From positions 1 to 64,000 of IMG/VR virus record IMGVR_UViG_3300034032_000013: DNA of 64,000 bases. One strand, given 5' to 3'. This document shows positions 59,257-64,000 of the stretch, one piece after another (the first letter of the stretch is position 1; each line of letters opens with the position of its first letter). Position numbers and translations under genes: made by a program. The notes under the pieces were generated by a model, which was given only the letters and a program-made list of their open reading frames with translations, had not been told where the DNA came from and made no database searches. This DNA is from a virus.

Positions 59257-61186
59257 TTGACACTATGAATGTGCTTAAAATTCCGTTAATGTTATCTATT
59301 GTTTTGATAAATTCTTTTGCTATAGAATTTGGCAGATAACCTTCAAGATTTTTCTTAGTTTGATTTAAACTTACAATTGGTTCAGTCAATTCTTCATTAA
59401 TTAAGTTACTAACGATTTCGTCTTCTTCTTTACCTTTCATTTCTAAGTCATCACCAGTATAATCATCTTTAAAATCTTCTTGGTCTTCTTCAACCTTTTT
59501 CATAAAAATAGCATCTGATTGTTCCATAATAGCTGCTGTTTGAGCCTCTTCGTGAGCAAATAAACTTTTCTCTACTCCTTCAAGTACATCTTTTTTAAAA
59601 GGTACGATAGCAACATCTTTAACATCTTCTTTTTTAGACATTGAAATAGGAAGTTGAATAACATCTTTAACAGGGTTTTTAACATCTAATTGAATGTCAA
59701 CACGAGTTCTCATATTTACTAAATTACCCTTACTAAATTCATATACTCTTTCAGAACCTAACGGACAGATATTACCTGTATATAACTTACCATCAAAGTA
59801 AACCTTTTGGTCAGTCATAGGTTCCATTGTCATAGGTGGTACAGGATGTTTAGCTACAATAGATAAATCAATATGATTAAGATACTTTTGATTTTTGTCT
59901 AAAGTTGCTAATCTTTGTTTCATTACATTATAATCATAAACAGTTCTGAGCATTACACCTTGTATAAAATAACAAAGCATTGGTACCTGATGTAATTTAA
60001 ATGGTATAAAATCTGTTGCAGGTTCTACTGTACGATTTCTATGAAATTCTCCATTGATAAATGGTACTCCTGTATATGATTTAATATCTTTTAAAGCCTC
60101 ATCTCTAGTTTGACCCATAGAATGAAAACCGTAACCAGGAATATAAACATATACACCCGTAATAACGTGCCCATTCCTTTTGTATCTTCCTTGATTATAA
60201 TAGGGTTTTCCTTGTCGTAATGGAAGTGGGATGAAGAGGTCTTCTGTGTGAATGTTAACGGTTGATGACATTCCTGAAGTTCTTCTACTGGGATATACCT
60301 CACTAATATCAGATGTCTTAGTACCATAAGTTACAGTATTATGTCTGATATTATTAACATTTATAGGTGATGTATAAGATACATTTTTACTAACATAAGG
60401 TACATTCTGCCAAGTATTTCTTCTACTTACTAAAAGTTTAGTGGCATTTTTAAAATCACCATCTGTTATACAATATACTGTATTATTATCAATTTGAAAA
60501 GCTTGTGTTTCATCAGCTCCTAAAGCATAAAGACTTTCTATCATTGAAGAAAAGAATGTTGAATTTTTACTTCTTTGATATACGCATAAGGGTCTTTCAA
60601 TAGTCATATTAATACTCGTGTCCCAATCTTTTGAAGCACCTGAAAATAGATAAATCTTATTAGGTTCTTCTAACCAAGTCCAAGCTAAAGCTGCACCACC
60701 GATGTATTTACTTAGTACTGTATAATTTTTTTCTTTATACATAATTTCCAGTAATATTTCACTATCTATTTTCTTACGAACATATTTAATGTTATTACTG
60801 AAATATTCTTCTTCAATATCGATATTGTACATTTTAGCAAGCTCTTCATAATTTTTAAGAGTACCATTATGGCAACCAATAAATTCATAGTTACCATTAT
60901 CTAAAGCACCGAAACCAAAAGGATGAGCGTTAAAAGCATTTATTGCACCTACACTAGATTGTCTTGTATGACCAAATATAGTAGGTACACTCTTCGGCTT
61001 AATGTGCCGCTTTTTTATAAAATCACTATATAGCTTATCTTTATCAAGACCTAAATATATTTCACCATCATATGTTAATCCGCAAGAGCTTTTACCTCTT
61101 TCGATATTAAATAGACCTAATATATTCATTTCACCAACTGATAAGCTATTTACATTTTTTGTTACGTGTCCAAAAATTCCGCACAT
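59237..61186 (-). CDS. class II (Ntn) glutamine amidotransferase domain protein with long C-terminal extension
   Basis: The N-terminus MCGIFG (Cys2 nucleophile) is followed by ERGKSSCG, GHTRQSS, AHPF and CHNGTLKNY, as in PurF/AsnB/GlmS GAT-II domains. About 400 aa of unknown sequence and an acidic tail follow. Confidence 0.7.
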   Translation of the reverse strand: MCGIFGHVTKNVNSLSVGEMNILGLFNIERGKSSCGLTYDGEIYLGLDKDKLYSDFIKKRHIKPKSVPTIFGHTRQSSVGAINAFNAHPFGFGALDNGNYEFIGCHNGTLKNYEELAKMYNIDIEEEYFSNNIKYVRKKIDSEILLEIMYKEKNYTVLSKYIGGAALAWTWLEEPNKIYLFSGASKDWDTSINMTIERPLCVYQRSKNSTFFSSMIESLYALGADETQAFQIDNNTVYCITDGDFKNATKLLVSRRNTWQNVPYVSKNVSYTSPINVNNIRHNTVTYGTKTSDISEVYPSRRTSGMSSTVNIHTEDLFIPLPLRQGKPYYNQGRYKRNGHVITGVYVYIPGYGFHSMGQTRDEALKDIKSYTGVPFINGEFHRNRTVEPATDFIPFKLHQVPMLCYFIQGVMLRTVYDYNVMKQRLATLDKNQKYLNHIDLSIVAKHPVPPMTMEPMTDQKVYFDGKLYTGNICPLGSERVYEFSKGNLVNMRTRVDIQLDVKNPVKDVIQLPISMSKKEDVKDVAIVPFKKDVLEGVEKSLFAHEEAQTAAIMEQSDAIFMKKVEEDQEDFKDDYTGDDLEMKGKEEDEIVSNLINEELTEPIVSLNQTKKNLEGYLPNSIAKEFIKTIDNINGILSTFIVSNEKENE

Positions 61187-61210
61187 TTATTTTTATATTT
61201 TTAATTATTT

Positions 61211-62029
61211 TTAAGCCACTTGTAGTGAATATTCACCAATTTTCTCTAATAATTCTATTGCTAAAGATTTATTATTTTCGTTAATTGCTTTAACAATCTG
61301 TTCAGAATATTTATCACTTAATTCATCAACCAATCCTGAATTTACAAGATTAATTGCTTCATAAGTAGTATTCCAAGCCCAAGCTATTAGTTCGTCTGTT
61401 GCAATCCAGAAATTTGATGGTGTACGATACTCCATACCATATGGTTTAAATCTGAAACAACCAGCTTTACCATACAACTCTTTACGTCTATCATCTTTAT
61501 CTAATGCTAAAGACTTCAAGCCTACAGTCATATCCATCGCTTTAACTAATCGTTCCACTGTTTCATCAGCTTCTTCCATAGTCATTTCAGATTTATCAAA
61601 CCCAATATGAATATGACCACCTGCACTTCGCATATTACTTTCAGCATTTGGTGGTTCATTCATACCTTGAGTATAAACATTAAAATCAGGGTCACACCCA
61701 AATTCTTTAGCTTTATCAGAATCCAATTCTTTTTCAGCTAATATAGCAGATGCTGAATAATTAGGTTTACAACCCATTGCAGCAGTGATAATAGTCAAAT
61801 GGTTTTTTACGAAATTGATACTTTCAGTAAATTCTTCAACTGTTTTAGCAGGTGGAATACAAAATTCCATTAACACATTATCTTCTTGGATAGCGTGTCC
61901 TTTTTCACTAATAGGTTTTGGTTCATCTTTACTACCACCAATTAGACCAATTGCTGATACAATTTCTCCATCTCTTTCTAAGAACAATTCTGGGTCACAA
62001 CCAAGTGTGATATTATTAATTTTTTTCAT
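61211..62029 (-). CDS. phage-type COOH-NH2 ligase (type 2, GCS2/glutamine-synthetase fold)
   Basis: 272 aa: GCDPELFL ... QEDNVLMEFCIPP ... AGGHIHIGF ... YRTPSN. It resembles the phiEco32-like amidoligase family, recalled from memory. Confidence 0.5.
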   Translation of the reverse strand: MKKINNITLGCDPELFLERDGEIVSAIGLIGGSKDEPKPISEKGHAIQEDNVLMEFCIPPAKTVEEFTESINFVKNHLTIITAAMGCKPNYSASAILAEKELDSDKAKEFGCDPDFNVYTQGMNEPPNAESNMRSAGGHIHIGFDKSEMTMEEADETVERLVKAMDMTVGLKSLALDKDDRRKELYGKAGCFRFKPYGMEYRTPSNFWIATDELIAWAWNTTYEAINLVNSGLVDELSDKYSEQIVKAINENNKSLAIELLEKIGEYSLQVA

Positions 62030-62047
62030 TTTTTATAATTTTTAAAT

Positions 62048-63067
62048 TTAACCTTTTTTTTTAATTAATACTTCTGGGGTTTTATAAGTGTTTTGTGAAA
62101 ATGGATTTTTACTTTCAATGAAAGGTTTAATAGGTAATGGTTTACTTCTGTTATAACTCTCTTCCTTTTTAGGTGGAATTGAAATTGTTTTAAACAAATA
62201 CATATCCATTAATTTAAAACACCACTGTTTAGTTTTTTCAGGACAATGATTATACTCAGGATGTCCTTGAATACACAAAGAATTTGATTCAGGATAATAA
62301 ATAATCTCAGGTTCTAGGAAATCTTTAGGTAAATCAAATTCTTCATCATTACCATTTAAATATTTAGTACTCTGAAAATATTGACTATGTGCAACTAATT
62401 CAAAGCGATGATCTGGTAAATTAAAAGGGAACATCATTTGATGATGCGTTGATGTAATTTCATATACCTGTCCTGAACCAACGTGTGTAATTTTATGATT
62501 ACCACTATGATTATTTACATCTTGAATCATTTTACCACCGTTCATAACAGTTAAAAATTGACCACCACGACAGATACCTAGTTTAGGCATATCAAATGGT
62601 AATTTTTCATATATCATCATTTCATAATCATCTCTTCTAGAATTAACACCAGTCCAAGAACCTCTTTTATCTCCATATAATGCAGGATTGACATCTTCAC
62701 CACCTGTAAATAGAACTAAATCTACTTCTTGTGATAATCTTTTAGTATTGTCACCTAAGATATTATGATTTACTACAGTTACATCAAAACGAGTATTAAG
62801 ATAATCTACATATTCGTGTGATTTAGTATTATCTGCAATTAAAATTCGTAAAGGTCTTTTTTCAACAATTTCCTGTTCTATTTTATCTTCCCGACGTTCA
62901 AAATATTCAATTAGAAACAGTGCTTTTTCAATTGAACCATGACCTGGAATATTTTGATATACTAATCCTGGCATTCCAACTACATATTTCGATAACAAAT
63001 CAGGATTATTAAGTATATTTTGAGGAAAAACATGATTATCTAAGTAATTTATTACTTCTTTTTTCAT
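62048..63067 (-). CDS. class I glutamine amidotransferase / peptidase C26 (gamma-glutamyl hydrolase-like)
   Basis: LFTGGEDVNPALYG, LGICRGGQFL (nucleophile Cys), STHHQM and IQGHPEY (His-Glu of the triad). Confidence 0.75.
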   Translation of the reverse strand: MKKEVINYLDNHVFPQNILNNPDLLSKYVVGMPGLVYQNIPGHGSIEKALFLIEYFERREDKIEQEIVEKRPLRILIADNTKSHEYVDYLNTRFDVTVVNHNILGDNTKRLSQEVDLVLFTGGEDVNPALYGDKRGSWTGVNSRRDDYEMMIYEKLPFDMPKLGICRGGQFLTVMNGGKMIQDVNNHSGNHKITHVGSGQVYEITSTHHQMMFPFNLPDHRFELVAHSQYFQSTKYLNGNDEEFDLPKDFLEPEIIYYPESNSLCIQGHPEYNHCPEKTKQWCFKLMDMYLFKTISIPPKKEESYNRSKPLPIKPFIESKNPFSQNTYKTPEVLIKKKG

Positions 63068-63939
63068 TATAAATTTGCTTTTTTATTAATTAATTTTGGA
63101 ATCATTTCAATATATTTTCTTGCACATACACTTAGTTCACCTGTTCCATTATCCATAGAACTGGCACTATTACATTCAAGAAGTATATAATCCTGATATT
63201 CCCTTTTCTTACCTTTACCATCAACTGGTGATTGTACTTTAACATCAAAACTAAGTACATCTGCACCTACAGATTTTAAAGCTTTAACACAATCTTTCTC
63301 AATATCACTCCAACTATTAGGTTTGAAGAAAGATTCATTTTCTTCTAAGAACCATACACAAGTTGAATCGTGAAAATGCCATTTTTCTTCTTCAGGTGTA
63401 TCTTTACGTAATGCTTTTCTACAAGCATAAAAACAACCATCTTCAGTAATATGAAGTCTAAACTCGTGAGCATAGTTCATAAACTTTTCAAAGATATAGT
63501 TAGCTAAGGTTTTATCAACTTTCCAAGCATCCAATTCAGCTTGAGATTTAATTAAAGTATTACCTTTACCTTTACTACCATAATGAGCTTTTGCTACAAT
63601 AGGGAATTGAAGTTGCCCACCTTCCATTTTAGCAGCTAATTCAGCTTCAAAGTTTGCTCCACCTTGAACCCATATAGCAGTTCTAACACCTGATGCCTCG
63701 AAACAACGTTTCATAAGTAGTTTATTTGCTGAATTCTTTACAGCTTGTACTGTATTAATCTCAACACGTCTACCACCATTAGCAATAGTATCCTGAACTT
63801 CAGTAGTGCTGCCAAATCTGACAACACTACGAATTTTAGATAATGGTAAGTTCTTAGAACTAAACTTTAAACAATTATGTGATGGATGTCTTGAAACAAC
63901 CATTGGTCTGAACATTGTAATTTGTTTTTTAACTGCCAT
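63067..63939 (-). CDS. ATP-grasp ligase (RimK-like)
   Basis: FPIVAKAHYGSKGKGNTLI, EKFMNYAHEFRLHI and the terminal ILLECNSASSM element are in ATP-grasp order. TAATG overlap with the next gene. Confidence 0.6.
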   Translation of the reverse strand: MAVKKQITMFRPMVVSRHPSHNCLKFSSKNLPLSKIRSVVRFGSTTEVQDTIANGGRRVEINTVQAVKNSANKLLMKRCFEASGVRTAIWVQGGANFEAELAAKMEGGQLQFPIVAKAHYGSKGKGNTLIKSQAELDAWKVDKTLANYIFEKFMNYAHEFRLHITEDGCFYACRKALRKDTPEEEKWHFHDSTCVWFLEENESFFKPNSWSDIEKDCVKALKSVGADVLSFDVKVQSPVDGKGKKREYQDYILLECNSASSMDNGTGELSVCARKYIEMIPKLINKKANL

Positions 63940-63941
63940 TT

Positions 63942-64000
63942 TTATTTTAATTTATTTTTAACTATACTTTTTAATCTACGCATATCTATATCATCTAAAT
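63942..64000 (-). CDS. 3' end of an upstream gene (partial, extends beyond window)
   Basis: The frame is open from the window edge and reads ...LDDIDMRRLKSIVKNKLK, ending at TAA 63942-63944, 2 nt before the ATP-grasp ATG. Confidence 0.35.
   Translation of the reverse strand, partial: LDDIDMRRLKSIVKNKLK

Noticed and set aside
50157-62045. Plus-strand ORFs inside the minus-strand block (50157-50456, 50438-50632, 51873-52064, 52030-52212, 52233-52613, 53122-53310, 56647-56829, 61002-61214, 61785-62045) and the off-frame - strand ORF 60091-60327
   Set aside because: Each overlaps a motif-supported - strand gene or the intron, and none has promoter or coupling context. 52233-52613 is antisense to the GIY-YIG ORF.
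62055-62063. T9 (A9 on the coding strand) homopolymer at the 3' end of the C26 GATase gene as a programmed slippage site
   Set aside because: It encodes the terminal KKK just before the stop, so slippage would change only the last residues. No alternative downstream frame of any length exists.
1-64000. CRISPR arrays, tandem repeat arrays, integrase/repressor (lysogeny) module, diversity-generating retroelement near the fibre genes
   Set aside because: I saw no regularly spaced direct repeats, no tyrosine or serine recombinase motifs, and no reverse transcriptase or template/variable repeat pair in the window.

Overview
AT-rich dsDNA phage segment with no rRNA, CRISPR or lysogeny genes, organised as two convergent transcription blocks that meet at a bidirectional terminator (44970-45011). 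Block 1 (1-44964, + strand) is a tightly packed late/virion operon. It encodes portal (5' truncated), an acidic scaffold-like protein, a probable major capsid protein, small head/neck proteins, a collagen-like fibre, two paralogous tail fibres and a beta-helix tailspike. It also carries an embedded lysis cassette (M15 endolysin), a metallophosphoesterase, a 1349-aa tail protein and a run of giant proteins of 692, 599, 1518, 2188 and 1824 aa. The 2188-aa protein carries DFDID in the context expected for the virion-packaged RNA polymerase of crAss-like phages (as in Cellulophaga phage phi14:2). The absence of Shine-Dalgarno sequences and repeated TAnnTTTG boxes point to a Bacteroidota host. Block 2 (45015-64000, - strand) is a replication and nucleotide-metabolism block. 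It encodes ThyX, dUTPase, a family-1 UDG plus a degenerate UDG paralogue, a MazG-like protein, an SF2 helicase, a PD-(D/E)XK nuclease and a RusA-like resolvase. It also holds a class II-type ribonucleotide reductase interrupted by a group I intron carrying a GIY-YIG homing endonuclease. Main leads: (1) An amber-suppressor tRNA(CUA) with a tRNA-Trp-like body lies 20 nt upstream of a PTH2-like (peptidyl-tRNA hydrolase-like) gene whose only ATG is followed two codons later by an in-frame TAG, which looks like a suppressor-gated gene. (2) A five-gene operon encodes an ATP-grasp protein, a C26-type GATase, two glutamine-synthetase-fold amidoligases and an Ntn (class II) amidotransferase, translationally coupled to the catalytically degenerate UDG-fold protein. 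This is a candidate uncharacterised modification or metabolite pathway. (3) The RNR intron can be mapped to the nucleotide from P1, P10 and P7 pairings, and the radical-Cys codon is assembled by splicing. All functional calls rest on motifs I can read by eye; no database search was run.
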